Notes under the pieces: generated by a model
Told to the model about the DNA's origin: nothing
The model's input: only the letters and a program-made list of their open reading frames with translations
Database searches by the model: none
Assembly: GCA_026026165.1 (NCBI GenBank)
Contig: JAPEUD010000040.1
Span: 124,001-188,000, forward strand
Length of the DNA: 64,000 bases
DNA from: Sarea resinae
Taxonomy: Eukaryota
Direction of reading: 5' to 3'
Program-made: the position numbers and the translations under genes
In this document: positions 52,066 to 64,000 of the stretch, in pieces
Layout: each line of letters starts with the position of its first letter
Numbering within the stretch: the stretch's first letter is position 1

Positions 52066-52797
52066 TAGCTTGGTTGCCGATTGGCATGTACGGTATCGGG
52101 CGTCGGAATTCTCATCGGGAAAGGAGTCAATTGATTATGTTCTACAATACATATTCACCCATTACGCATGGATATCACATGCACACACACCAAATATACT
52201 CGAGGACATACTGTGCTGATTGTCCAAACAATGATTGACCTTGGCACCCGCATCTGGCGACACCCGCCTCATTCGTCCCCGGCGTTTCACACTCTAACGG
52301 CAATCAGATTTTACGAATCGGAAAAGTCTTTGCATTTCACTTCCCACGCATACTGTTCATCTCGAGGGTGGAATGATTCCGGTTGGTGCTGGCTACCTCG
52401 GAATTCTTTCAGTCTTGAACTTTGGTCGATCTTGGCTTGCTCATTCTGTCATTTTTCGCCTTTATCAGTGGCAACATTGCCTCTGTCTGTCCGTCTGCCT
52501 GGCTGTCTCGTCCACCTCTTGTTCTCTGGTACTTTGTCGATGTGTCTTATCTCGACTCGACTCAACCCTCTCCGTCTCGGGCCTGACAAGATCTTCATGT
52601 TTTGACTTGGAGACTCTTTTTCTTTGTACATAGATTGGTGATCATGGGAGAAAGAAATGAAATGTTTCTTGGGTCACGTCTTCGGCATCTGAGATTGGAT
52701 TGGATTGAATTGGATTATATGAGACTGTGGAGGGCATGGCCTCGATGGATGGGTGGATGATCTAAATTCAGTGGCAAATGCACAAGGTATGTGCTCG

Positions 52798-52853
52798 AGA
52801 TTGACGGGATTGACGGGATTGACGGGATCGGTGGGATCGGTGGGATCGGTGGG
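52798..52853. repeat. Compound 9-bp tandem repeat (GATTGACGG)3(GATCGGTGG)3
   Basis: Directly visible downstream of the PUF gene. Confidence 0.85.
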
Positions 52854-53630
52854 AGGGTGAAGGGAGAGGACTATTTAGATAGATCTAGACAATGAAATGT
52901 CAAGCAGCTGGCTGGGGATTGAGAATTGGAGCTCATGCTTTGCTGTGCTGTGCTGTGCATGTACGAAGTACTATGGTATCGTCTGTCACTGTTGACTGCG
53001 TCGTCATGCTGTGGAGGAGAGGGTATATCTCATGCATCCATATCTTGTGAGTCTTGTCCATGCTCCAGATAAGACCGTCAACCCGAAGTCCAGTCCAGTA
53101 AATAGGCAAACCCGTTCGTTCCTACGTGCGCCCCCTCCCCCTCCAAAAAAAGACTTACTAGATGTAGATATATAACCTTGGCTCGTCCGGGTTGGGTGCT
53201 GCCTGTAAGCCTACGAGCCTACGATATCGTATAGTATAGTGTAGTGTAGTGTAGTGGCTCTTTGCAGGTCAGTTATTAGTTGTCAATTTTCGTTATCAAT
53301 CATTAATTAGCGACTATCAATTACTAGTCAGGTATCCTCCTTCCACTCCCATGATCCATTGTCCGTTTTCCGTTTTCCGTTTTCCGTGATCCCCTATCCA
53401 CTATCCCCTATCCACCACCCGTTATCCACCACCCATGACCCATCAGCCATCCCATCCCATCCCATCCCAGCACAGCATATCACCGCGATTCTTGGCTCCC
53501 ACGGAAAACACGGAAATCAGGAAAAGCCAGGAAAAAGTTATTAAAAGAAGGGAAAAGAGAGGAGATGAACGAAAGAATCCCCCCCCCACCCCGGTTTTCA
53601 TTCTTTTCTCACTTGCTGGCAACGATCTTC

Positions 53631-56600
53631 TTACTTCTTGGTCTTGGTCTTGAGCGGGGAGGCGCTTCTACTTCTGCTTTTGCTTTCGCTTCTGATAGTG
53701 GAGGTAGGGGGCTGTCCGTGTTGTTGGCCATCGTGATTGTGTTCTTCTTGGTCCCGGTTGTGGATGTGATTGTGGGTGTGTTCAGAGCCGTACTCGGATG
53801 TGGATCCGGGGGCGTATTCGTGGCCGTGGCCGTGGCCGTGGCCGTGGTGGTGTTGGTGTAGGAATCCTCCTCCGAGCGGCATCTTCTTCTGCTTCTTGTC
53901 ATATTTGCCATTTTTCTTCTGGTCATTTTTGGACGGGCTGAGTGTGCGGGATCTGTGCTGGTGCTGCTGGTGCTGCTCTTGGTGCTCGTGATGATCGTGG
54001 TGATCGTGATGCTCGTTGTGGTGGTCGGCTGCTGGGTGCCGTTGCTCTCGGCCGCGCGGTGGGGCTTGGGGTTGAGGTTGAGATTGGGTTTGCAGTGGTG
54101 AGGCATGTACGGGATGAGATGCGTGAGATGGATGAGAAGCGTGCGGGACCAAGGAGAGGCCTTCGCCCGAGGAAGGCACGAGGATCTGTGCCGGTGCTTG
54201 TGCTTGTGCCCTGCCTCTACTGTGACTCCTAGCTTTTTCCTCTTCCTTGATCGCGTCCTGCTCGGCTTTTTTGGGGGTTTCTTCTTCTTGGGTTTCTGCT
54301 TCGGCGGCTTTGTCGGCGGCTTCGATTCCACGACTGCTGTATAGAGCGTCCGAGGAACGGCCGTCGGACAGGAACGAGTGCGAGGCGTAGGCTGCTGTGT
54401 ACCAGCCCGGAGGACTGGGGATTAGAGATGAAGATGTCGAGGGCGTGGCTGGTTGTTGTTGTTGGTGGTGGTGCTGGAGATACTGTTGTTGGGACGACGA
54501 GGGATGATGAGGGTGTTGGGAGGGTTGGGAGGGATGATGTTGTAGAGGCAAGAGAGCATGCGGATGAGAGGGCGAGTATGTGGTCGGTAGCAGGCGCGGG
54601 ACAAGGCCGTGTCGCTGTTGTTGATGGTGCTCGAAGGTGGCGAAGGCGGTGTTTGGATCTTGGTTTTGACCGTTCCGCTGCTGCTGCTGTGCTTGTCTCT
54701 GTAGGTGTTGCTGCTGCTGCCGTTGTTCGTCTTCGAGAGCGCTCCAGTGTGGGAGATGCACGGAATGGTGATTTTGCCGCTGTTGCTCTTGCTGGAGCTG
54801 TTGCGACTGTGATTGCGATGCCATCACCATTTGATGCTGCGGCTGGAACTGCGACTGCTGAATCTGGGGCTGGGATTGATAATGATATTGAGCAGGAGGA
54901 CTAGAGTACGCGTGCGGCATGCTTTGGGAAGAGACCAGCTGTGGGCCTTGGACTTGGCCTTGGCTTTGGACCGGTTGATTTCCGTTCTCTTGGTTGTGCT
55001 TGCGGACGCTTCCGGTCTGATCTTGGCTCTGGTGCTGGTACTGCTGCTGTTCACGTGCTTGCTCTTGGGGATGCTGTTGTTGATGAGGCAGAGTGTGGTA
55101 TTGCATCTGCATCTGCTCTTGCTGTTGACTCGGTGGAGCCAATTGAGACAGCTGAGACTCATATGGCCGTTGTGGAAGAAGCTGCTGTGCTTGAGCTTGA
55201 GGCTGATGCTGATGCTGATGCTGTTGATGTTGATTTCGATGTCCCGGAATTCCTTGCTGTCCACTCCCCATCCTCATCCCCGTTCCCATCGACTGCGACT
55301 GGGATAGCTGAGCCAGAGGTGGCGGCGGTGGCAGAGGCGGAGGCATCATCGGCGGAGGCATTGGGGGGGGCCCGTACCCATGGACTTGAGCCTGAACCGG
55401 CAGCATCTGACTCACCGGCGTCCCCATGTTCACGCCTTGAGCGTACCCAATCGCTTGTCCCTGTCCCTGTCCATTGTGATGGGCCACGAGAGGCGCAAAA
55501 TGCACATGTGGACCCTGCCCCTGTCCCTGCCCCTGTCCTTGTCCTTGGCCCTGCATTTGCAAAGAAGCACCACCACCAGAGGTCGAGTTTGTAGACGAGG
55601 ACGTCGACGTTGAGAGAAAGGCTGGGTGGAGCGAGAGGTCGAGCTCGCCTGCTCGTTGCCGGCCTAGCGCGGCATAGTATTCTGCGCGAGCGGCGCGCGA
55701 TTGCTCGGTCTGTGCCTGAGGTTCAGTCTGTTGCTGAGGCCGATGGTGCGCCTGAGTTTGAGGGTCCAAGACTGTGGACGTGGACGTTGCGGTAGTGGGA
55801 GGAGGAAGCATTTCCGTACTAGCGGTATCACCAGCATGGAGAAAACGCTCCGCATCCAGTCCATCGACCCTCTTCTCTAGTCCTTCAAGCCTCTTCGACA
55901 GCCCCTCCAGTCTCGTCAACGTCTCCTCCGCCATCTCAAACAGTCTCTCGATGACCAATCCGCCCCTATTCCCGCCCTCGGCACTCTTCAAGCCCTCCGC
56001 GACTCTCTGCCCCAACGCCTCCACCTCTCCCATCGTTCGTCCCAGATTGTGCTCCACGGCGTTCATATGACCCCGCAAGTCAACGGCGAGGTCCCCTGAG
56101 ATGGAGATCAGAGATTTGTATTTGCAGATCAAGTGGTCAACTAGAATGTCGTGCTTGGTGTCTACCGAACGGGCGATGGCAGCGGTTTCGGCGCCGAGAT
56201 GATGGTGCAAACCCATAATGTGAACGGTGAGTTCATCCGAGGTGGAGGGAGTGATAGAGAAGCCGGGAGGAGGTGGCACTGTGTTCGTAGACAGCGGGTC
56301 GAAAAGACGAGGAGGTTCGCTAGTGCGGTGGACGGCCTTTGAGGCGTTCGAGGAGCGATACGAGGGAAGGGAAGTCGTATATGGGACGTTGAGACCAGCC
56401 TGGGAATTGCATGAGTTTCTGATATTATATATTACGCTCTGGTAGGAGAGAGGGTTGATGGAACTCACAGTTGAGGGCTCACTGCCATTAGGAAACCCAT
56501 AGATCGAAGGAGAATACGCACTTTCCCCATTCCCAGCATTCTCTATCACACCGGCCTGAGAAGGTATCCGGCCAGCAGAAGTAGAAACGACATTCACCTC

Positions 56601-57470
56601 CCCATGAAGAAGACCATACGATCCCTCTTTGGTTGGAGCAATCTTGCCATCCCCAAGAATGATTGCTTCAGGACGAGGCGGCCCATAGACCCCGAGAGCC
56701 ACCTCGTGCGGAAGAGGCGCAGCGGGATATTGAGTCTCGGGATTCGGGTTCTCCGCGTAAAAGCGTGAAGTTGGTGGACCAGGCGTAGAGCGGACCTGAC
56801 GGGGTTCCTTGGAAGTGCCCACAACAGCGTTCTCATCATTCGGTGGCGCAGGAGTAGAGTGAACGAGGCGAGTCCCCTGAGTGGGAACGGCGGTTTGATC
56901 AGTTGGGGCGCTGCGGCGGGGCTCAGTTCTTGTCGACTCTGGGGCTGTAGTATTTGCAGATGGATGTACGCTGCGAAGCGGAGCGCCTCCGAGGATGGCA
57001 GAGGCCTTTGCGGAGGTTGTTGGAGGATGGCCTTCGTTGCGTTGATCTTTCTTGAGGATATCCTTTGAGGCTTTGCTCTTCAAATCCAAGACACTCGGCT
57101 TCAATTTCGCTGACGATGCTTTAGCAGCCAAAGAAAGCACAGGCTCAGTGACGGACCGGTTCTTGACGGGCAGCTTTTCAGGAGAATTGAACATCGGAAT
57201 GAGTGGTGTCGCTGGCTGGACGTAGGCGCGTTTCTTCGATCGCCGGACAGTTGGGCTCAGTGACGGTGGTTCGGGCATATGTAAATCGACTTCTAGATGC
57301 TCAGGATCTAGCCCCTCAGACTTGTCTTTCGCGCCTTGTCGCGCCATATTGTCACGACCGGACTGCTTGCGAGGTATCGAGCCGTTCTGTTTTTGCTGCT
57401 CAGCCTGCATCGCAAATGCATTGCCATACATTCGCGGCAGGTTGACACGCGGTGTGTTGCTTTCAGCCAT
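53631..57470 (-). CDS. Hypothetical protein with a central coiled coil and a Q/H/P-rich low-complexity C-terminal half
   Basis: Uninterrupted ORF of about 1280 aa from the first ATG (MAESNTPR at 57470); heptad pattern LTRLEGLSKRLEGLEKRVDGL; no family recognised. Confidence 0.65.
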   Translation of the reverse strand: MAESNTPRVNLPRMYGNAFAMQAEQQKQNGSIPRKQSGRDNMARQGAKDKSEGLDPEHLEVDLHMPEPPSLSPTVRRSKKRAYVQPATPLIPMFNSPEKLPVKNRSVTEPVLSLAAKASSAKLKPSVLDLKSKASKDILKKDQRNEGHPPTTSAKASAILGGAPLRSVHPSANTTAPESTRTEPRRSAPTDQTAVPTQGTRLVHSTPAPPNDENAVVGTSKEPRQVRSTPGPPTSRFYAENPNPETQYPAAPLPHEVALGVYGPPRPEAIILGDGKIAPTKEGSYGLLHGEVNVVSTSAGRIPSQAGVIENAGNGESAYSPSIYGFPNGSEPSTVSSINPLSYQSVIYNIRNSCNSQAGLNVPYTTSLPSYRSSNASKAVHRTSEPPRLFDPLSTNTVPPPPGFSITPSTSDELTVHIMGLHHHLGAETAAIARSVDTKHDILVDHLICKYKSLISISGDLAVDLRGHMNAVEHNLGRTMGEVEALGQRVAEGLKSAEGGNRGGLVIERLFEMAEETLTRLEGLSKRLEGLEKRVDGLDAERFLHAGDTASTEMLPPPTTATSTSTVLDPQTQAHHRPQQQTEPQAQTEQSRAARAEYYAALGRQRAGELDLSLHPAFLSTSTSSSTNSTSGGGASLQMQGQGQGQGQGQGQGPHVHFAPLVAHHNGQGQGQAIGYAQGVNMGTPVSQMLPVQAQVHGYGPPPMPPPMMPPPLPPPPPLAQLSQSQSMGTGMRMGSGQQGIPGHRNQHQQHQHQHQPQAQAQQLLPQRPYESQLSQLAPPSQQQEQMQMQYHTLPHQQQHPQEQAREQQQYQHQSQDQTGSVRKHNQENGNQPVQSQGQVQGPQLVSSQSMPHAYSSPPAQYHYQSQPQIQQSQFQPQHQMVMASQSQSQQLQQEQQRQNHHSVHLPHWSALEDEQRQQQQHLQRQAQQQQRNGQNQDPNTAFATFEHHQQQRHGLVPRLLPTTYSPSHPHALLPLQHHPSQPSQHPHHPSSSQQQYLQHHHQQQQPATPSTSSSLIPSPPGWYTAAYASHSFLSDGRSSDALYSSRGIEAADKAAEAETQEEETPKKAEQDAIKEEEKARSHSRGRAQAQAPAQILVPSSGEGLSLVPHASHPSHASHPVHASPLQTQSQPQPQAPPRGREQRHPAADHHNEHHDHHDHHEHQEQHQQHQHRSRTLSPSKNDQKKNGKYDKKQKKMPLGGGFLHQHHHGHGHGHGHEYAPGSTSEYGSEHTHNHIHNRDQEEHNHDGQQHGQPPTSTIRSESKSRSRSASPLKTKTKK

Positions 57471-58487
57471 CGTGTTGATCTGGGCTTTCAATGAATGGAT
57501 TGGTAGTACGACGAGATTTGCAAAGTCAGAGTGAAGTGAGATGTTTGGGCTGCAAATCAACTGTTGGTGGGAATTCGTTTGGAGGTGAAGTCAGGGCACC
57601 GGCCTCTAAGGGGTTATTCATTCACTCTGTCCGACGCGGCGGCGTCAGTCAAATAGAAACCATAGGCCTGAACCCGTCAGATCAACTAAGCAGCCTCGGC
57701 AGTATTTTGATACCTTTGATCCATTTTGGACGATAGAGCGCTCCCTCTCCAGGTTTCAAGGTCTTGGTCACCAATCTATTTGTGCCATGTAGCCACATTT
57801 GCCTGATACTAGTCTCACTGTGTGAGGAGAATCAAAGTATCCTCCCTGCAACTGATCAGATCAACGCCCTCGACACGACCTCCCGTCAAGCATGCCGGTA
57901 TGCCAAGAGACCCTCTACTTGTGGCCATCCGACGATGCCATGGACATTGCAATACGGTATTTCGATCGAACGGCGTACCTGGTATGGTGTAAGTCAACTC
58001 ATGAGCACAAGTCTATCACATACGAAAACGCCATCTCGTGGGAGTGGTGACAGGACTGGAATTCGACTTGCAAGAACTGACGCTTACGCGCATTATCTTG
58101 CTCCTACAGTAATTTCCATCATCTGAAACGTCGTGACATCATCGAAAGGAAATCAGGGCTAAAAACATTCAAACTCATGCCGCTAAAGCTCGTAGCAAAT
58201 ATAAAGGAGTGTAATGAAAGGCAAAATTCAGTTGCTTGCGAGAAACGCTCAAAATGACGCTTAAGCCGGACTAGGGCACGGTGCTTGACGCGATAATGCT
58301 GAGCAAACCAAGCCAGCTAAAGCTAACAATGACCATATCTAATAAGCTTCTGGACGCTGTACAGAACGTGAAACCAAATGGCAGGTATCATATGAAACCA
58401 TGGGATCTGACAATACTTGCCAATAACAAACAAAGCTGCAGTCGATTCATCCATGTTGGCACAACATTGGCGCATAGGATCGACCAC

Positions 58488-61400
58488 CTAGGCACGCTTT
58501 TTCCTACCAACAAGCTTCGCTATGAATCCGCCAAACCATCCAACAAAGAGTGTCCTCCAGATATACTGAAAGTAATTCTCATGCTTTCCCTCCTTAGAGA
58601 CACTCTGGCTACCGGTAGCTGGTGCTTCAGCATGGCTGGCACCGTTCCGTTGACGTAAGCCAGTATTGGACTCGCCGTGCGGAGCCTCGGTCGGCTGGCT
58701 GCTTGCTTCGCGCTCTTCTTCGGTAATCGGACTGGCGTCTTCCTCTGAAGGACCAGCCACTGATTCTCTATCAGGTTCCACTTGATTATGAGCGGTATCA
58801 GGCTCCTCCGCTACATCTTCCGTGGCTGGGCCCTCATCTTGCTCCACCTGTTCTGGCTTGGAGCCAGTCTCTGAGGCAGTGACGGCCGCCGGGCTTTCCT
58901 CTTCCACCGCCTGTTCAGGAACTGCATGGGAAACGGAAGCAGCATCCGGGATGGCAGAGAAGTCTTTCGCTTCCACTTGTTCGGCAGGAGCTTCCACGTT
59001 CTTGACTATAGTGGAGGGTTCTTCGACAGGAGCGGCCAGAGCAGCTTGGGTTTCTTCGCGTTTACTGGCATCTTCGGCCCCAGCTGAGACATCGTGGGCT
59101 GGCGTTCCAGGAGGAAGCTCTGTTGGTTTCCAATGCTCGTAAGGTGAAGGAATTGGGGGTAATCCAATACCCTTCACAATCTTGGTGGGAAGCTTAGGCA
59201 GACTGGGCCGCGAACCTCGTGAACCACGGCGAGCTTGACCTTCTGGAGGCTCATCGATTGCCGAAGCATCCTCAGTCTCCGCTACGGGAACATCCTTACT
59301 CTCGTCCGCTGGGGCTTCCGTTGCATCAGCGGGCGGAGATTCTCCTGAAACCTCCGCTGGAACTTCGTCAATGGGGGCCTCCTTCACCACAGCTGGGGCC
59401 TCCTTAGCCTCTTCCACTGGAACCTCCTGTGTCTCTTCTGTTGGAGCTCCTTCAGGTGCTGTGGCTTCCTTCGTCTTGTTTTCTGAAATGTCTTCAGGCT
59501 TCTCTGCTGCAACATCCTTCTCTACTGGTGTCTCCTTTACCTCGTGCACCGGGGCGGCCTCATGTTCCTCAACCAAAAGCTCCTCGGGCTCCTCTGTTGC
59601 GGCTTTCTCTGCTGGGGCAGGCTTGAGCTCCTCCACTGGGACCTCTTCAGCTTCCTCTGCAGGAACTTCCTCTGCCTCCTTAGCTGGAGTAGTCTGGGGC
59701 TCTTCTGCTGGGATTGTTTCCGGCTTGTTTGTCACAACCTCTCTGGCTTCTTCCGCTGGGGCCTCCTTCGCCTCTTCTGCAGGGAACGCTTTGGTCTCCT
59801 CCACTGGAGCAGCCTCGGTCTCTTTTGTCGAAACGTCTTTCGGCTCCTCTAGGGGCACCTCTGGCGGAATGTCTTCGGTCTTTGTTGGAGCAGACTCGGC
59901 CTCAGTCTCTGGAACTTCTTTTGGCTCCTCGATGGTGGCCTCCTTAGATTCGTTAACAGAGACCTCTTCAGCCTCTGCTGGAGCTGTCTTGCTATCAGCA
60001 GTGGGAACTTCCTTCTGGTCTTTAGTGGGGACTTCTGTGACTTCCTCGGCAAGAGTGCTTTCAGCTTTCTTAGCAGGAACCTCTACAGCCTCAGCTGCAG
60101 CAATTTTGGTCTCGGCCTCCGGAGTTCCCTTTTTCTCCTCAGCGGGGACCCCTTCCGTTTCCTTGGCAGGGGCCCCTTCAGCCTCTGCATCGTTGGTCTC
60201 GACCGATGGAACTTCCTTTGCCTCCTCCGCTGGAACTTCTTTTGCCTCGTTCTCCGGGTCGACTTCCGTCGGTCTGTAGTGCTCATAAGGGGATGGGATT
60301 GGTGGTAGGCCCGTACCATTCACAATCTTGGTGGGAAGTTTCGGCAGACTAGGCCTTGAGGCCCGATGTGGCTGGACGTCTGAAGCACCGTCCCCACCAA
60401 CCGGCTTATCTATGATGTTGTCCGTGGTTGGAAGCTCTGCTTCCGGGCTCGCTTCAGATCCCACTTCCGTTGTCGCTTCCTCGGGAATCTCAGTCGCTCT
60501 CAGATGAGCGATAACCTCGTCCTTGTTCTCCGCCTCTACAGGTTTTCCCTCTGGTTCTGCCGGAGCCTGATCCGAAACTTGAGCTGGAGTAGATTCAGAT
60601 TCTGGCTGGTCGGCCGCTGTCTCACCGGTATTCGGTTCTGCATCATGAACAGCGGTGAAAGGTTCGTTCGAACTTGATTCAGGCAATTCGAGAGGAGGAG
60701 CAGTAGCCGCCGCATCTTCCTCGGCGATAGAATCGAGAGCAGGCGAACGACCAGCCGATATGGATGAGGGTCCAGTCTTCAGGCTCTGGTCCTCAGCATG
60801 GCCGTTCGCATTCGCAGAAGGCGATGTCAAGCCAACTTCTCCTGTGGTTTCATCTTCGCCGAGGCGGTTCTCCGTAGCCCTAATTCGGTCCAAGATCTCT
60901 GCACGATCAGATGGGAAGGTTTCCAGAGAGGGATCTTCAATGTCATCCGACGACTGCTCTTTGAGGCCTAAGTTGTCTTCTGGCTTCGTAGGAGACTCCT
61001 TGAGCCCTCCATGATCGGGAGTCATGCATTCATGTGCGAACAATGGTGTTGGCTCTTCGGCGGGAGAGTCTGTCTGTCCTTGGTCAAGGCCTGGACTGGA
61101 GGCAGAAGATCGATTTATATCTGCTGATTGAGGAGCAAGTTTGTCGTCATCAAGAGTAGCCGCAGAATCGGCTACCTCGGCAGCGGTATCTGCTTCAGCA
61201 TGGGTACTTGTCGCAGAGTGCTCGCCTTCCCGTTGCACGTCTTTTGCTTTCTCCCCTTCCGACGGTCCAGCCAAATCAGCAGCAGTGTCCGCTACTTCTG
61301 CAGCAACAGCAGCCGCTTCTGGTATCGGTGTCGAGGATAAAGGCCGATCTTCACCTTCTGCCGCGCCTTCCAAGGAGCTCACTGCTTTAGGAGCGTCAGA

Positions 61401-63488
61401 TGCTTCTTCAGGAATTGCTGTTCCAGACGTCTTCTCAACACTAGTCTCCTTCTCCTCCAGCGTATCACCCAAACCCGCAGCAATATCGGCTACTTCAGCT
61501 GCAGTGTTTGCAACTTCAGGAATAGGCGTGGAGGATAGACGCCTGCTAGTCACATCTGTAGTGCCAATCTTCCGCTCATCAAGAGAGTCATGCAATTCGG
61601 CAGCACTGTCGGCTACTTCTGCCGCTGTAGCCGCAGATTCAGACACAGAGGACGATGGGTCATCCACCGGTGCAGTAGCCGTAAGATTGGCTGGCTCGTT
61701 TGCGCTCGCGGGCTCGGGCTCAATGAGAACCTTGTCGGGCTTCGCATCGAGCGCCCGTTGTTCATGAGCCTCCTTCTGACCATGGGTGGCACTCGGACCG
61801 AAGTCATCGCCATGACTAGGCTCTGCATTGACTTTCTCCACGACTACTGCGGGAGTAGGAGCTTGCTGCTCAGCGGTCTTGCCTAGAGTGTCAGTTTCGG
61901 ATGGCAGACCAGGTGACTCATTAGTCACGTCTGCATGAGCATCTGCTTCTCGCTTCGTATCTTCCTCGGACAGCTTCGACGGCTCGACATTCCCGTAGAC
62001 AGGCTGCTCTTGGTCTTGGGCTTTGTCGACAACAGTGAAGGGAACAGGTACTTCGTGAGATATTTCATCCTTGCCATGGCTCTCCGCCTTTGGCTGCCCG
62101 CTTTCAACTGAATCTCCCTCTAGAGTTTGTGGAGAATTTTCGCTCGGTTTTGCGACCTCTGCCTTGAAAATATCTGGTTCTTGAATCTCCTTCGTCTCAA
62201 AAAGTTGCTGCTTCTCGTTCTCACCGTTCTCGGGCAGCTTGGTCTCAACTACTTCGGCCACCTGGGTCACCGGCCCTTTGGGTTCCTCATTCAGAGATTT
62301 CACTGGTTCGGGTATTTCCGACTCCGATTTTGCTTTCTCCTCTGGCTCTTCGACTCCGTTTTCAGCCGGCTTGCTAGACTTAGAGTCTGTGACTTCAGGC
62401 GCTGGAATACTAGTTTCCTCATCTTCCTTCGGTTGCGAGACTGGAAGCTCAGGTTCCTTTATTTCAGAATCCTTGACCAGTGATTTCACTTCCTCCACAA
62501 CAGGCTCCGTGGTTCTCACCTCTGGTTCCTTGATTTCGTGTATCTTGTTTTCGGGTTCCTCGGCCACTGGCTTCGTTTCCTCGCCAGTGTTTATCGTTGA
62601 CTTTGCTTCTGGCTCAGGTATCTCAGGTGCCTTAAGAGTTGGTTTTGCTTCCTGAACTCCAGGCTCGTTGACTTCAGCCTCGGCAACCTTGGTCTCAGGT
62701 GCCTCAACTTCCGCTTTCTTGATATCTGGCTCCGTAACCTGAGGTTCCTTCACTATCTTATTTTCTTCCTCGATTCCTGGCTCCTTGACCTCCTGTACCT
62801 TAGTCTCAGACTCTTTGGCCTTGGAAGATTTTGCTTCAGGTTCCTCGACCTCTGGTTTCTTGGTCTCGAGTTCTTTGATACTAGGCTTTTCGGCCTCAGG
62901 CTTCGATACCTCCAATTCCTTTGCTGATGAGTCCGCTTTCTGAGGTTCTTTCGTTTCGACTTCCGAGGTATTTGGGGCCTTATTCTTTGGGAGAGATTCA
63001 GTAGCTTCTGGTGCTGTCTCGGTATGGATTGGCTTGGTCGGGGATGTTGCATCGCTTGGTTCGGTCGAAGAGCTCTCTGGAACGGGAGCTTTGGTAGTTT
63101 CGGTGGTCTTGCCCTTCCCGACGACGAGTATGTTATTCTCATTTCCATGCTCATCGATCGCTAACCCTACATTAGCCCTTCATTCTAGCTTCGATCAAGG
63201 GATAAATTGCCTACCTTTGTGTCCATTCTCGTCACAGACCCACCAATCACCAAGGCCCATTCGGAACTTGTATTGCCACTCCCCTTCTTCTACCTCGAAG
63301 ACCTTGGAAAATTCGTAGGCAGCTTGCTCGGATTGATCGGCACCCTCGCTCTTTTCGCTTGGCAGCAGAGTATGTTCCATCTCGTAAGCTTCCCATGGTG
63401 GCGAGGTGAACGAGGCTGAAACATAGACTGGTGGCTGTGTGCCAGCTTTTGTCCAGGTAAGCCTCACGGACTCCTTGTGGGGTGCCAT
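58488..63488 (-). CDS. Giant acidic repeat protein with an N-terminal CBM48/AMPK-beta-like glycogen-binding domain
   Basis: Exon 1 MAPHKESVRLTWTKAGTQPPVYVSASFTSPPW...GEWQYKFRMGLGDWWVCD; intron near 63216-63161; then DEHGNENN; about 1500 aa E/P/A/K-rich repeats; C-terminal amphipathic/basic helix YFQYIWRTLFVGWFGGFIAKLVGRKKRA. Confidence 0.8.
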
Positions 63489-64000
63489 GATGGAAACGGT
63501 TGGGGACCGAGACGGCTGAGGGCAGATCAGCAACGGCCGTTCTCGTGGTGATGTCTGCGTGGTGCGTATGGTACGAGCAGTGCTGCAAGTAAACAATGTT
63601 TACCAAAGACAAGTGGAGCTTCTGAGCTCGTCAGGATAGGATGCTAGAGTGCTACCACCGTCCAAGTCAATGCAATGCCCTCGTCACGACCGGCAGTGAT
63701 TCACAGAGGCTGATGGAGTTGAGTTGTCTTGCAGAAGAAAATTCGTTTCACATAACAATCGAACGAGACGTCATAACAAGAATGTGAATGCAGAGGTGAT
63801 GCAGCAGCGAGTACCTAGGCAGTAGGCAAGGTAGGTAAGGTAGGTAGGTAAGGTAGGTAGATGCTGTAGGAAGATGCTGGAGGACGATGCAGGCAGCTTG
63901 GTAGGTGAAGAGGGAAATTTCTACTGGAAGAGCGAGTGTACACACAGCAACCGCACGGCAAGGTCGTAGTGAAGGAAACACACTCACCATGGGAATTTGC

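Noticed and set aside
52625..52632. TGTACATA (Puf3-type element) downstream of the PUF gene, suggesting autoregulation
   Set aside because: A single 8-mer is expected by chance; Jsn1/Puf2-type proteins prefer UAAU motifs; the 3' UTR end is unknown
59371..60279. 302-aa plus-strand ORF and similar antisense ORFs (e.g. 9393-10010, 28031-28717, 61141-61767)
   Set aside because: Shadow frames of real genes with biased codons; no independent motifs

Overview
Gene-dense euchromatic segment of a filamentous ascomycete (Pezizomycotina-type) nuclear genome. Evidence: short GT-AG introns with CTRAY branch points, fungal gene families and very dense microsatellites. I can support about 18 protein-coding genes: a DUF1349 protein, an F-box-like hypothetical, SNF5, an EEP-family hydrolase, a Cdb4/PA2G4-like M24 protein, a double-PHD Rco1-like protein, an Emp47/ERGIC-53-like lectin, a 71-aa membrane microprotein candidate, ALG8, ITC1/ACF1, a divergent NAD(P)-binding oxidoreductase + atypical SDR pair, an Ecl1-family zinc protein hidden by micro-exons, VPS72, JSN1/PUF2-like, a Q-rich hypothetical and a giant acidic CBM48-like protein. 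There is also one intron-containing tRNA-Lys(TTT). I saw no transposon ORFs, CRISPR arrays or rRNA. The signals least explained by the gene models are: dense intergenic GTAC/TACGGAGTA motif clusters; the small ORF between EMP47 and ALG8; a duplicated 34-aa motif under apparent purifying selection in the CBM48-like protein; an initiator-like T-loop in the tRNA-Lys; two GC-AG introns; and four chromatin-complex subunit genes within 38 kb. Gene identities come from recognising motifs by eye, not from database searches.
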